Below, piece by piece: positions 50,691 to 64,000 of a DNA stretch of 64,000 nt; position 1 is the first letter of the stretch, and each line of letters opens with the position of its first letter. The DNA lies in contig OX597818.1 of the NCBI GenBank assembly GCA_951406725.2, positions 76,384,001 to 76,448,000 of the forward strand, given 5' to 3'. The notes beneath the pieces are model-generated. The model was not told where the DNA came from, searched no databases, and saw only the letters and a program-made list of their open reading frames with translations. Both the position numbers and the translations under genes were made by a program. The stretch comes from Octopus vulgaris (taxonomy: Eukaryota).

Positions 50691-52266
50691 ATCATTTCTT
50701 CCTACAGCTCTTTCCATTTATACTCATTGGATAACTTACAAATTTATGCATTAAATTTGCATTTATAAGTTATGATCAAAATATCATCAGGGAAAAATTA
50801 GACATTAAAAAATTACATGTTGACCTATCTGCTCATTCCAGCAGACTAAATATACGGGCTGCTTTGGGGATTCCACTCTTTGATTTAGTGTCGAGTTAGT
50901 CTTTCTCTTTCCCAAGGCACTTACAAGGCAGTGAATGATTGTGCTTCAAGTAACTTCCATAACTTGCTAATTAAACCATAGCTCACACACACACACACAT
51001 GCTGTGCTCCAGCATGGCCACAGCCTTAGGGCTGAAATGTATAGGAGAATAAAAGATTATGTATCTCAACGCTGGCTAAACTTTGATTTTCAATTCTACC
51101 ATGTGTAGCTCTTGTAATAATATTTGATTTCAGTGCTATTTTTCCTAAAACAGCTTTTACATCCTACTTTTAAGTATTACTAGTAAAAATGATGAGTTTG
51201 TAGAAATCTTCCACAAGCAGACATTACAGATGTATATGGCTGTCAAATTTCTCTTAGACTGCATCTATTATCTTTAAGAAAAGGCCACAATGGGTTATAC
51301 TATGCTGGAAAAAAAGAAACAGACTGGATGATTATGAGTGGAAAGTGTTTGGTGAAGGTCAGCTCCATCCGAATTGACCTAAAAACTAGACAACAATCAA
51401 TATGTAAATAGGTCCCTAAGGCAGTGATCTGGCAGAATTGTTAGCACACTGGGAATAATGCTTAGCGACATTTTGTTATTCATGTTCAAATTCCACCAAG
51501 GTTGACTTTGCCTTACATCCTTTTGGGGTCAACAAAATAAGTGCCAATTTAATTGACTTACCTCCTCTTCTAAACCTGCTTGCCTTGTGCCAAAATATGA
51601 AACCAATATGTAAATAGGTCCTGTGATAACCTATATGTAAATAGGTACACTTTACAGTCAACAGAAACATTACAGAGCAGATTTCTCTTGCAATGATACA
51701 AGGCAACATATATTTATATGGGACAAGTACATTCCAAAATTTATTTTATTGTCTCTAGAGGAATGAAAGTCCCATCAATGCCAGAAGAATTTGAACTCAG
51801 GGACACAACTGTTTGGTAAGACATGTTACTGCTTCTTTTGCCAACTATTTTAGCAGCTGATATTGTTAAGGACAACTCATATTTTAGCTCAAAAGAAAGT
51901 TTGGGGATATTACCAAAGTCCTTTTCTTAACATTTCCAGTACTAAAAAACACAAGAAAAGACCAGAAAGCTGAACTGCCACTGGTGTTGGTGGTGATGGT
52001 GGATTACTTTGCAGTAACCATTCTGACTTAATGTGCATTGAATTCATATCTCACCCAGGTTAACTTTGCTTTTCATCCCTCTGTAGTTGATAAAATAAAG
52101 AATCAGTCAAGTACAGGATTGATATAGTGACCAATGGTTAACATGCAGTATTTAAAAAAAAATGAAATTAAATTGACCAGAAGTGATTCCATAATTTCCA
52201 TGCACAAACTGTAGAAGTTGTAATGAGACTTGTCTAGAAGTGGTCCACATAACAATGTGAACTATG

Positions 52267-52334
<68 letters not shown>

Positions 52335-53764
52335 TAATAATAATAATAATAATAATAATTAATTAATTAATTTACATTGTATCTCTATGAGAATATGTAG
52401 CAAAACAGATTTAGAGATCATGAAAGACTATTTGTGAATATCATTTTGTGCATCAGTGTTTGGTATGTTTTCCCCATAAATGTAACTTTTTATATCTTGT
52501 ATAAAGTACATGAACAGGTTTCATTTTATATAAAATATATGTACATTCTATACATTGGTTATTTTACAAATTGTTCACAGGAAAATATCAAAATATCAGA
52601 TTTCATTTACCATTTCTTTCAGTCAATTTACTTTCATTTTTTAACCCTTAAGCTGAATGTTAAATCTTAACCCAACTGATTTGCCACCACCACCACCACA
52701 TTCACCACCACCTATGTTAGAAACCACATTAGTATTGTTCTAACAAGACTAACTAATAAATAGCTTTTAATCCAATGTCCATTCATTTCCATTGTTACAT
52801 CACTAGCTTAATTCTTATCCTAATAATTTTTAGGTGAATTTTGTAAATTGTCTTAATGACTTGGTTACAATGGCTTCAGTTTCCAATTTAATTCCACCAT
52901 TAATAAATGCTTTCTGGGAAGTTTGATGAAGTCTAATAATGTCAGAGGTGAAGTTGTAGAAACATTGGCCACATGCATTTTGATAATGTGTGAGAGAGAA
53001 TATCAAGATGAAAATGTTTTCTTGTAGTTTGCATCACAGTGTTGTATCAACACATCAGGATTTAGTGATGGACTATAAGTTAATAAATGTATACAATTTA
53101 TATACTTGTTTGCCGAAACTTCTTTAGAAAACATTAAACAAAACATATTCTATTCTAATAGAAAACTTTGATGTGATTTCCTGAATATGTTGGGGCTAAT
53201 GATCAAAATTATTTACATTGTCATCTCAGTCTTATAATGTAAAGTGACTAAGTCAACATACATATATATCTCCTATCACATTTCATATGGCATAACTGGA
53301 GGATACATACATACATACATACATACATACATACATACATACATACATACATACATACATACATCTGTGTATGAATACAAAGAGAGAGAGAATTGATGTA
53401 TAAACATAAAAAAATTACATCCATGATAATTAAGAGCTCAATAATTCATTAGCAAACTCCAACATGTTATAACATCACAGTAAGTCTAGGTGGAAAATCT
53501 TTGTATGCATATACATAATCAGCTAAAACAATCCTTTAGAGCAACATATTTAGAATAAAAGGCAGAAAAGCATAATTTTTACAAATACTCATAATTTAAT
53601 TTCAGTCAACAGTAGATGTCACTGTAGGGTTAAGAAGTTTGCTTCCCAAACACATGATTTCAGGTTCAGTTCCACTATGTGACATCTTGGGCAACTGTTG
53701 TAAGTCTTGGGTCAACCAAAGCCTTGTGAGTGGATTGTGTATACAAAAACTAAAAGGAAACCAA

Positions 53765-53797
<33 letters not shown>

Positions 53798-54169
53798 ATA
53801 TCATTATTCAGTTTTATTTCAAAATTTCTTGCCAATAGAGAAAGAGATGGTTTCTAACCTAGATCCAAGGTTCCTTCGTTGGAATTATGTGTGCGTGTGA
53901 GTGTGTGTGTGAGAGAGAGAAAGAGAGTGTGTGTGTTACTCTCTCCTTGTCTTGGCATCGTATGATAGTTGTTAAAATGAATTTCACTGTCACATAAGCT
54001 GTCATTCATTTCCAATATTCTGAAAAAACGTATCTGGCCAGGAAGGAATTTTACCCTGCTTGAAGATAGGTGAAGGTTAGTAACAGAAAGGGCATCCAGC
54101 CATTGAAAATATGTCTCAACAAATTCTGTTCAACTCATGTGAACATGGAAAAGAAATGACTAGTTTATA

Positions 54170-54356
54170 TATTATTAGGTCAGTTATAACTAGGTCATAT
54201 ATTACCAGGTCATGTTTTAAGAGATTGGATGTAATAAAGATCAAAGGTCATGCATTATGAAGTTAAGAATAATTGGGTCAGATGTAGCTATGTCATCTAT
54301 TAAGGGATCAAGTATAATTAGGTCATTATAATTAGGTTAGGTACAACTAGGTCAGA
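54170..54356. repeat. About 15-bp minisatellite built on AGGTCA
   Basis: RGGTCA at 54177, 54192, 54207, 54245, 54275, 54320 and 54349. Confidence 0.75.
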
Positions 54357-54603
54357 TATTGGTTTTAAAGTTTGGTGCTGGGTCAGCAAGTTTGAGGAAG
54401 TGGGTAAGTTGATTGCATCAATCACCCTAGTCCTTTATTGGTACTTATTTTAATGACCCTGAAAGGATGAAAGTCAAGGTCAACCTAACCAATAAAGATG
54501 GATGAAATGTAGCTAAGTATTTTACCTGGCATACTAACAATTCTAGACAGAAACTGAATGAAGCCTGTCATATGTTTTTGTTTGTGTGTGTGTGTGTGTT
54601 GTA

Positions 54604-54741
54604 GGAAGCTTGCCTCCCAACTACATGGTTCCAGGTTCAGTCCCACTGTGTGGCCCCTTGAGCAAGTATATTCTACTATAACTTTGGGCCAACCAAAGCT
54701 TTGTGAGTGGATTTGCTAAACAGAAACTGAAAGAAGCCTGT

Positions 54742-54793
<52 letters not shown>

Positions 54794-54805
54794 TGTGTGT
54801 GTGTT

Positions 54806-54836
<31 letters not shown>

Positions 54837-55040
54837 CTTTATGTCTATGTTTGTCCCCACCACTGCTTGACAACCAGTGCTTGGTGTGTTGATGTTCCCA
54901 TAACTTAGCAGTCTGGCAAATATGACCAATAGAATAAGTACCAGGCTTAACAAAAAAATAAGTACTGGGGTCAATTCATTCAACTAAAACAAATTGTTCA
55001 AGGCAGTGCCCCAGCATGGCCGTGGTCTAATAACTGTAAA
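54604..55040 (+). mobile_element. CORE-like SINE with internal (TG)n, CpG-decayed
   Basis: Homologous to 14421-14712. Confidence 0.85.
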
Positions 55041-55784
55041 AAGTAAAAGATAAAAGATATATAAAAATGTACACACACACACATCGATATATATATATGT
55101 GTGTGTGTGTGTGTCTCCTTGAAATGACATCAGATGATAGTTGTAAATGAGTGTCACCATCATACAAGCAGTGTCCAGTCTTCTGTGAAAACGTATATCT
55201 GATCATGAGGAACTATTACCTTATTTGGAAACAGCTGAGAGTTGGCAACAGGAAGGGCAGTCACCTGTAGAAAATCTGCCTTAGTGAATTCCATCCACCC
55301 TCTGTGAACAGTTGAAAGTGGACGTTAAAACAATGATGACGGTGTATTCTCACTCCACATCCAATAATACCAATTCTTATGGAAGCAAAATTGAAGCATG
55401 TCTTGACACTAAAGACTGTCTAAAAATAATCATCTGCTCAGTGACCCACAAATACCTAAAATATGTTAGTATATTTTAGAAAAGTTCTGATGCCTATAAA
55501 AATACTTCTGTTTTCAGAGATCATTTGTTACTGGACCCTGAAAATTACATTATCTAGTGTATCTTACCCTATTTAAGATGGTAGAATGTGTGTTGAGGGA
55601 ACTTGGCTATCTGACTCTTGTTTTTTTATAGCAAATTGGGTAACCATGTAGAGTTTTCCTTATTGGCTTCTTGCTCATATCTTCTTTACAGATGTTGACC
55701 TGCAACAGTTTAAAAAGAACATCATCAAGGTCCCCAGTTTCAGAGAATCTGCAAAGATAATGAGCAATGCCTTTTGCTCTAGAC

Positions 55785-56260
55785 CAGGGGCCAGCAAAGT
55801 GTTTAATAATCACTCCTAGGGATCTATATGGCTATCCAAAGGATTAATTACACCATTTGAAAAAGTATTAAGGATGCTAAATTATTAGGGAGCTGAATTT
55901 GGAAGAGCAAAATAATTTAAGGCTAAAACTCACTAATTTCCAGCCAAATATTGATGCTGTGACTAATAAACACTAAACATATATTTCGCATTAAATATTC
56001 TGATTATATCAATACAAATGATTTTTTTTTATTTTTCTTTATCAATTTCAGTAAGTATTTTTTTAATTATATTTCTTTAGATATTCCTTATCAAAAAGTG
56101 GTAATGATACAAAAGAATGAAAGAATTAGTTTTTAAATCAAAAAAAAATTTTATTAATTATACTTATTAATTTCATTTCAGAAATTAACATGATAAGGGT
56201 CAATAAGTTATCAATGATTGTATGAAGGGGTCAATTACATAAGAAATTTGCCAAACCCTG
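55785..56260. mobile_element. hAT (Charlie-like) MITE
   Basis: Ends CAGGGGCCAGCAAA and TTTGCCAAACCCTG; left flank CTCTAGAC fits the nTCTAGAn target. Confidence 0.6.
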
Positions 56261-57724
56261 GTTTAAATGGAACATTAATAACATCAAGTTCACAGGTCTC
56301 GGATGGACTGCTCCTTCTCAACTCAACAAGTAAAACAAAATAAATATTCATCATCATCATCATCGTATAACATTCAAGTTCCACACTGGCAATTTTTTCT
56401 GATGTCTCCAAGAACTGCATCATTCACTACTGTCTACATTGACATGGACAGCAGGATGCTCTTCTGAACACCAATCACTTTACATTGTGTACTTGGCACT
56501 TTTTTCATTGCAACAGTAGTAGCGAGGTCACCATGCAGTATGCAACACTACAAGCTCCAAGGGATGGCTTTCTGTTCAGAGATGAAGGATTGAAGTATGA
56601 GGAAAGAGGCCAGAGCAAAACAGGTTTCTTGCTGTAGACAAGCTACAATGCTACTCATATTTTTAAAAGCAATAGTAGGAATGATTGGTTGGAGGTTGCA
56701 AAAGTGCATAGGGGAGTAAGAGATAATAAATTATCTAACAATTGCTTAATTTCTCATTTGTTGGTATGTGTTGTTTAGCTGTTGTAACTGGTTGCTGTTT
56801 GTTACAACTTAAAACAGAGAAAAGCAGTGAAAAAAAACTCTTATGGAATTGGGACAGGAAGTGTTTATTTCTATCATGTTGTCAGTTACAATGACTCACT
56901 GACTTCTTTGTGTCCGGTTCCAGAAATGACAAGCTATTGAATGGCAAGCCCTTCCCCAACAGACTCAGATGCTAGTCTATTGCAAACAGGTTTATTTTTA
57001 GCTGATATTAGGGAACAATCAAGAATTTGCACAGTGTTTTTATACAAAGCACGTGTGAATCTGAGCAGGTTTGGTCCATAGTTTTATCACTCCATTGTCT
57101 GAAGAGCCAACTTTATATGTATATTGTATCTATAGCACTGTGCTATAGCCATTAGTCAAGTGACATAATTTTTAGTTGTCCACATACATCTTATTTCAAT
57201 TATATATCTTACATAGTTTCTATCCGCCAATGTTAGCAGCAGGAGTAGTGTATAATCCAATAAAAGTTTCATTGTCATACAATACCATGAATAAATTCTA
57301 CCAGAGAAATAGTTTGGTAAAATATTCTCTCTTTTGTTGCTCTGCTGATTTCCTTCCCAACATGGAATGCAGTATGATGAACCAATGAGGGAACTACAGC
57401 AGTGGTTAAATAATAAAGTTAGAAGAAGGAACCAAATTATTCTTAAATCATGCTCTACTATCTTTATGCTTCCCAACATACAAAACAGGACAAGTCAATG
57501 CAGGAACCTTTTTGTCAGACAATCAGATAGAAACACCTGTCAAATCACTCTCAAATCACATCTTAAGTAAAAAAAAACAATAGCTGATACTTTGGATGAT
57601 GTAGGTGTTGTAAGTGAGATGATTATGTCAGAATGTCTTTTATTGTAGCTGGGATTGACCTGGGGCTAAACAACAACAATTTATTTTATAAACAATCTCC
57701 TGTGTTTTGTTTTATATACATATA

Positions 57725-58119
57725 CTAGCAGTATCGCCTAGCGTTGCTCGGGTTTGTAAGGGAAATAACTATATAAGCATTTTTAGAGATGTAAAGTATA
57801 ATAGCCATCTCAATATGGCTAACCACAAAGGGGGGTGTTACTGTAGCTTTTTACGTTCTGAGATTTAATAATACATTTTTAGAGAGTTACTTCCCTTATA
57901 TAATAGCAAAAAAATGCATTAAAAATGGGAAAAAATCATGGTAATTTTTTTTTTAAATCGTAGACTCATCGTAGATGCGCGCTAATACCCAGAAGGGCTT
58001 AATATGAATCACGACTATCAGATACCCACTTTTGGTTATACTGCACCGCAAAATGTGGGAGTAGTTAGGAATCTAAATCGTAGGAGACAGACACACAACT
58101 TCACTTTTATATATAAAGA
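57725..58119 (-). mobile_element. Non-autonomous Helitron
   Basis: A|TCTTTATATAT 5' end; CCCGAGCAACGCTAGG hairpin and CTAG|T 3' end. Confidence 0.85.
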
Positions 58120-58124
58120 TATAG

Positions 58125-58500
58125 ACGAAGGAGTGACTGTATGGCAAAAAGCTTGCTTCCCAACCACGTAGTTCCTGGTTCAGTCCTACTGTATGGTACC
58201 TTGGGCAAGTGTCTTCTACTATAAGAGCAAAACCATGTGAGTGGATTTGGTAAACAGAAACTGAAAGAAGCCCATCGTATATATATATGTATATACATCT
58301 ATGCATGTGTGTGTTTGTTCCCCACCCCCATCAACACTTGACAACCAGTGTTGGTGTATTTACATCCCAGTAACTTAGCAGTTCGGCAAAAATAGACCAA
58401 CAGAATAAATACCAGACTTTAAAAATAAGTACTGGGGTCAATTCAAGGTGGTGCCCCAGCATGGCAAAGTCTAATGACTGAAACAGGTAAAGATAAAAGA
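58125..58500 (+). mobile_element. CORE-like SINE
   Basis: Homologous to 14421-14712. Confidence 0.85.
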
Positions 58501-58565
<65 letters not shown>

Positions 58566-58744
58566 GGGAATGGTACTACTGGTTCATTTTCACTATCACT
58601 CTCCCCTACAAATCAGTAGCCATGTAGCTCATCTACAACAAAGAACTTGCTAAACCCCAACCCTTTCTCACATACCTTGACCTTCACCTAGCTCAGAGAT
58701 ACACCCCACTACTCAGGTTTTGTAGATCTGTGAACTGCACGGCA

Positions 58745-59100
58745 ACCTCACTAGTGTTGATAGCACAAAAAAAGCACTCAGTACATGATGTAATGTGGTT
58801 GGCATTAGAAACCAGCTGTAGAGACCATGCCAAAGTGCACACTGGAGCATGATGCACTCCTTGGACTCATTAGAACCAGCCAACCCATGCCAGTATGGAA
58901 CATGGATGTTAGATGATGATGATGTATATCATCATCAACATTTAACATTTATTTTCCATGCTGACATGGGTTGGATGGCTTGATAGGAACTGGAAAGAAC
59001 AGGGGCTGCACCAGGTTCCATAGTCTGTTTCTACAACTGGATGCCCTTCCTAATGCCAACCACACTACAAAGCATACTGGGTTGGGGTTTTATGTAGCAC
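58745..59100. mobile_element. Two RTE 3'-UTR fragments, tail-to-tail
   Basis: GGTTGGCATTAG..AACCCATGCCAG..(GAT)n on plus, then the reverse complement; another plus copy at 59845-60075. Confidence 0.75.
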
Positions 59101-59392
59101 CTTGGTTTTAGGATCTTAATTCTGCTGTGGTGGGTAGATCTTGTGTACTGCAAGGTACCACATATCTTGGTCCTCTGCCACTTTCTTCATAAGCTTCAGC
59201 ACTTTGAGATCAGTCTTCAATACTTCATCCCATGTTTCCTGCATCTCCTTTTTCTGCAACTCTCTCTGCTTTAAGTGACTGGCATTTCTTTATGCAACTG
59301 TTCACATCCATCTGCATATGTATATATTTGTGTGTGTGTGTGTGTGTGCGTGCGTGTGTGTGCGTGTGTGTGTGTATGTATATATGTATGTA

Positions 59393-59427
<35 letters not shown>

Positions 59428-60689
59428 CTGTATGTATGTATGTATGCATGTATGTACGTATGTATGTGTGTATGTATGTGTGTGTGTATGTGTGTATGTA
59501 TGTATGTATGCATGTATATTTTAATATTTGCAGCAATATTACATTTGGTATCTTGAAAATATAAATATTGCCATGTGCAGAGATCACATTATGTAAGGGG
59601 ATAAAACATTTTACTTCAGAAATGGGAATAGCATTATACTGAGAACACATTGTACTCTCATAAATACAGTAAGTATAATATATCCTAATTATACTCTGTG
59701 TGTTTGTGTGCCTCCATCATTGTCCTACTGGGGTAGCCAAGTATCTCCTCTGTAGTAATACCACAATCTCCCACCTGGCACACAGCCACTTCCTTCAGTA
59801 CCACTCCTTCTCTCAGCAGAGAGGTCTTTGTCATGCAAGGTATATGGCAACCCTGCTAGTGCTAGTGCTGGTGCTATGTAAAAAGCACCTGTGCTAGTGC
59901 CATGTAAAAAGCGCCCAGCACACTCTGTAAATTGGTTGGTGTTAGGAAGGGTATCAGCCATAGAAGCCATGCCAAAACAATCAGTTGGAGCCTGATGCAG
60001 CCCCCAGTCTTGCCAGCTCCTGTCAAACTGTCCAACCCCTGCCAGCATAAAAAATGAATGTTAAATAATGATGATGTTATATTTATGCATGTGTATGTGT
60101 GTATATATATATCGCCAGAAGAGTAGAAAACCAGATGTTCAGATAAGCAATCTTGTTCTTTCAACCTCGTACATCTCTAATCCTTCTCTTTCAGCGCAGA
60201 TCATCATAATTAGCTTATTAGTTCATTTCATTATTCTATCTATTTCATTACCTATGTAAACATAGTTTCATCTTCCATGCTGTATGTTTAAAAAAACACG
60301 CTTAAGATCCCTTTCGCTCGATCCAATTCACTCTCTTTCACATTCATTTATTATCGTCACTTAAATCATTCATTTATTTAATTTTGTCACAGATTGGCTG
60401 ACCGAAAACTCTTGGTAATAGCTCTAGCTAAGATTTTCAAATACCCAATTCTATCTCACTGTTATCATAATATTCTCTGACACTGGCAACTTGAGTTTCT
60501 CTACTGTTTCACGGTACCAGGAGTCTCTAACTTCTGACCTCTATTGGATGTCTTCCATAAACACTTCTAAAGGCTTAATGCACCCCCTCATCCCTACTTA
60601 GGGTTTATCTCCTATGTAAGGTAGCAATCATACAGCGCATAATAATGATGGTGTGATGTATGCAGGCTGAAGACTATTGTACATACATG

Positions 60690-60985
60690 AGTTCTGCCAA
60701 ATGCAAGCTTGCTTTTCAGGTACATGACACTGCTGTTCCCCATCCCAGGCTCTCATGGGCCCGCACCTCCCATACCCTCAGGGTTGGCACACTCAATGTG
60801 GGCACACTGAAAGGTAGGCCTGGTGAGATTGTTGAGATGCTTGAATGTAGATGTGTAGATTTATGCTGCATCCAAGAAGTAAGGTGGAAAGGTGGTTCTG
60901 CTAGATTCTTCACAGGCAAAGAATATAGGTATAAGATTTTCTGAGCAGGGAACACTGATGTGGTCGAGGGCATAGGTATACTTCT
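60690..60985 (+). mobile_element. RTE LINE endonuclease N-terminus
   Basis: LRVGTLNVGTLKGR..VDLCCIQEVRWKG..GIGILL. Confidence 0.9.
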
Positions 60986-61335
60986 TGTTTTGAGGTCTTG
61001 AAGATGGAGGTCCCGAGTATTTCCATCAGACACTATTGTGCAAATCTTTTTCACTAAATTAAAGGGAATATTTCTTTTGATGTGTTTTGGATGGCATGAG
61101 CTAAACAGAAGATATTGCTTCAAATCCATTGGTTGATGATAAATGTCTGTTAAAATTTGGTTGAGGACTTTTTTTATCATAACTAAGAAAGGGAGCTATT
61201 CATTGCTATATTCCATTGTAAACTGAACGCTAGGGTTTATACTGTTTAAGATTGATTTAAATTCCAAAAGTTTATCAATGGTCTCATTCCAAATGATAAA
61301 GCAGTTATCCAGATATCTTTCCCAGTTCTATATAT
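60986..61335 (-). mobile_element. Penelope-like RT fragment
   Basis: KRYLDNCFIIW..INPSVQFTME..LPFL..TDIYHQPMDLKQYLLFSSCHPKHIKRNIPFNL. Confidence 0.9.
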
Positions 61336-61558
61336 TCAACAGTATCGGCACCAAGCAGTGTTCAGGCATAAGTGAACTTTAGTTAAAATATGTTTGAGAC
61401 ATATTTCAACTTCTAAAGGTAAATTCACTGCAGTTACTATGGGGAAAAAATAATTTCTTTTGGTATAAAGGTGTAAAAACACCATATCTGCCCAGGGTTT
61501 CCCCCTGCTTGATTTCCAGATACAACATTTCTAGCTGTTTAGCTGTTTTCATATATAT

Positions 61559-61607
<49 letters not shown>

Positions 61608-62259
61608 GGATACAGTATATTCACTGTATTTAGGCCGCAAGTGAAATATATTCTCTGGTATAATGCTATTCCCACCTCTGTAGTAATATATTTTATCCCC
61701 TTACATAATGTGATTTCTGGATATGGCAATATTCAAATTTTTAAGAAACCAATTATAATATTGCTGCAAATATTAAAACACATAAAATAAATGTAACTAA
61801 ATAAAAATAAATAAAACATACATTAAAATTTTTCTTTTTCTCAGTAATTTTTACTGAAAAACTATTAAGCAAAGACTGCAGTACAGGTTGAAAAAAGAAA
61901 AGGCTTATTGTTCATAAAATTAATTTATTACTTAGAAACTAAAATTAATTTATTACTTAGAAACTACCAAAGTCTGGTTTATAATCTGATTCTCCAAATA
62001 ACTCTATTCTGCTTGATTTAACTTTCATCAATGCCCCCTCCCCCCATCCTATCATTCTATTATCTTTTTCATCCAAATTTGCAGTGGTGTCTGTAGTTGC
62101 CTTCTGATCATTCCATATCAAATTATCTTTTGTTCCAACCAATTTATTACTGATGCAATTCTTAAAAAGTTCAAAGAAACCTCACACTCAAATAAACCAT
62201 TCCTAGTTACTTTCATCCAAGTGACAACAATATAAAACCAGGCTTTAGAGATTACTTAC

Positions 62260-62338
62260 AGCTTTTCTCATCTTCATCTGCTGACATCCCTAATATCCAG
62301 TGTTTGTTATCTTCATCCTTAAAGAGTTTGTTCAAAAG
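62260..62338 (-). other. Candidate 79-nt internal exon
   Basis: ttctttag|...|gtaagt with an open frame LLNKLFKDEDNKHWILGMSADEDEKS; no homology recognised. Confidence 0.25.
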
Positions 62339-64000
62339 CTAAAGAACACCAGTCAATGTAAATGGCATTATAGCTTGATAAGTTTTAATATCTTTCAATA
62401 TTATTGTACTGGCACAGTAAGATGAGTCCTAAACTGATCCCCACCTGCAGGTTTCTTTAGAAGTAATCCAGATTGTTTATCTGATACTTTTCTCCTTCAT
62501 AAATGCATAACTTCTCCATCATTTTAGCCTTTAGGTTGGCACTGTATAATATCCCGACAAGAAAATACTTCATTTTTAAAACATTATCTGTTTTTAAAAA
62601 ATAACCTTGGGATTTCGTTCAATCCCATCAGCTAAACATGAAACTCAGTAAAATATATTCTTGAGTATGACACAAGATCAAGGCCTTCCTACTGGCAGTA
62701 ATCAAAAGAGCACATTGAAAGAGAATATATTAATTACAGAATTGATGGAGGTTGGGAAGAAATAATTAATCACACTGTTTCTAACTGCCCAGTCTTATCC
62801 AAGAGAAAATATATCTACAGACATGATAGAACTGGGGCCTTCATATATTGGAAATTATCTCAGAATTATACATTATCAAAAGAAAAGAGATGATATAAAC
62901 ACCTCCAGAGAATGTATAAGAGAATGACAATATGACAATACTCTAAGCCATAAATATGTTAAGCCATAAAGACAGGAAGATAAAGGCTAATTGGTTGGAT
63001 AGTGTTGTAAAAGACAACCAGGAATGGAATTGCTTCCTAGCTGATGTTTAAATCTGGAGATAAAGATAATGTGGGGAATAAAAATAGAAACAATCTCTTG
63101 AGATTAATGAAACAAAACATGCAACTAAAAAGTCTGCACCAATCCTACAGAGCTCATGGCGCTGCAGCTTATCCAGATTTTCCAGATGTTTTAGACTTAG
63201 AGTACAAGACTTGCTTCTATTGGACAGGATGTCAGCCTGTACTGGAGTGATTTGATATGAAGTGTGCCACTCAAGGACTCAGTGTGCCACCCAATCCAAG
63301 AACTGAACTAAACTTAACATGAGTCTAACACCCTTACCAATGAGCCATGCTTCTTCACATACTGACTTATATATAACCAAAACTCCAAGGACTTAAAAAT
63401 ATGACCAACATATAGTAAATAGCATTACTAATCTCTTTAGCCATACTACATTGGGTACTTTCAATACAACAGAAGTAAAAAAAATGTTTCTTGTTAAGGT
63501 TTGTATTTCCTTGAAAAATCGTTCACTCTGGGGGAAACATCTTTACTTGCTGTAACATCTCTCAGGATCTCAGACAGAATTCCCTGTTATCAGTATTCAG
63601 TTGTTCAATCAGCTGAACTGCCAGCCTCATTGAATTAACATGTAAGTGACTGAGTATTCCATAGACGTTTACCCTAACATAAGGTGAAATCAACTTGACA
63701 TTGTGTGTGATAAGTATGTCCTTTTTGAATTACCGGTATGATCCATTTGATGGGCTTCCGTACAATTTCTGTCAACTCAGTTAGGCTCAAAAGACAGAAA
63801 TCAACCAGAGACTATAGAAAATGACTCCTGCCTGAGATGCCACACAGCAGACCTTATGATTGCAAAGTAAACTTCTTAACCATACTGTGTCTCGTAAATG
63901 ATAGACTAATTTCTTGTACATACTGTTCTCATACAAACACCTGACAAATACCAATATTTGAGCCATGTTTGAAATGTAGAACCTATTGTTGGATAAACAT

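Noticed and set aside
52834-57570. Exon-like plus-strand segments near 52834, 55691 and 57217
   Set aside because: Stops, frameshifts or weak donors, and no recognised homology.
47370-60985. RTE 5' piece ending where the long RTE copy begins, suggesting one split element
   Set aside because: The order is wrong and the overlapping 30 nt or so are clearly divergent; separate copies.
61957-62142. 61-aa minus-strand ORF with an IDES-like alternative frame (Merlin/ISXO2?)
   Set aside because: Motif order is inconsistent and the similarity too weak.

Overview
Eukaryotic, AT-rich, microsatellite-dense DNA made almost entirely of decayed transposable elements. The mix of tRNA-derived SINEs, RTE and R4/Dong LINEs and (TA)/(TACA)/(TAGA)/(TAA) arrays suggests a coleoid cephalopod, probably Octopus (inference from recalled repeat families). 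No intact protein-coding gene is recognisable, and most long ORFs in the track are microsatellite read-through. TE remnants include Tx1/L1, R4/Dong, CRE, RTE and CR1-group LINEs, Penelope-like elements (PLE), a Gypsy-type LTR and gag, mariner, Tc1 and maT-like elements, hAT elements and Helitrons. The main find is eight hand-folded type I hammerhead ribozyme (HHR) motifs between 13.4 and 36.1 kb. They come from several sequence-distinct families and sit in short non-coding units with PLE/retrozyme architecture: partial tandem monomers of 496 and 337 bp, and inverted dimers, next to (TA)n-type microsatellites. In one unit the element's 5' end maps about 5 nt from the predicted cleavage site. 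Also seen are an 830-bp palindrome, two smaller hairpins, a RORE-like minisatellite and a switch to strong CpG depletion after about 47 kb, which suggests an unseen methylated gene body. All folds and alignments were done by eye, and boundaries of decayed elements are approximate.
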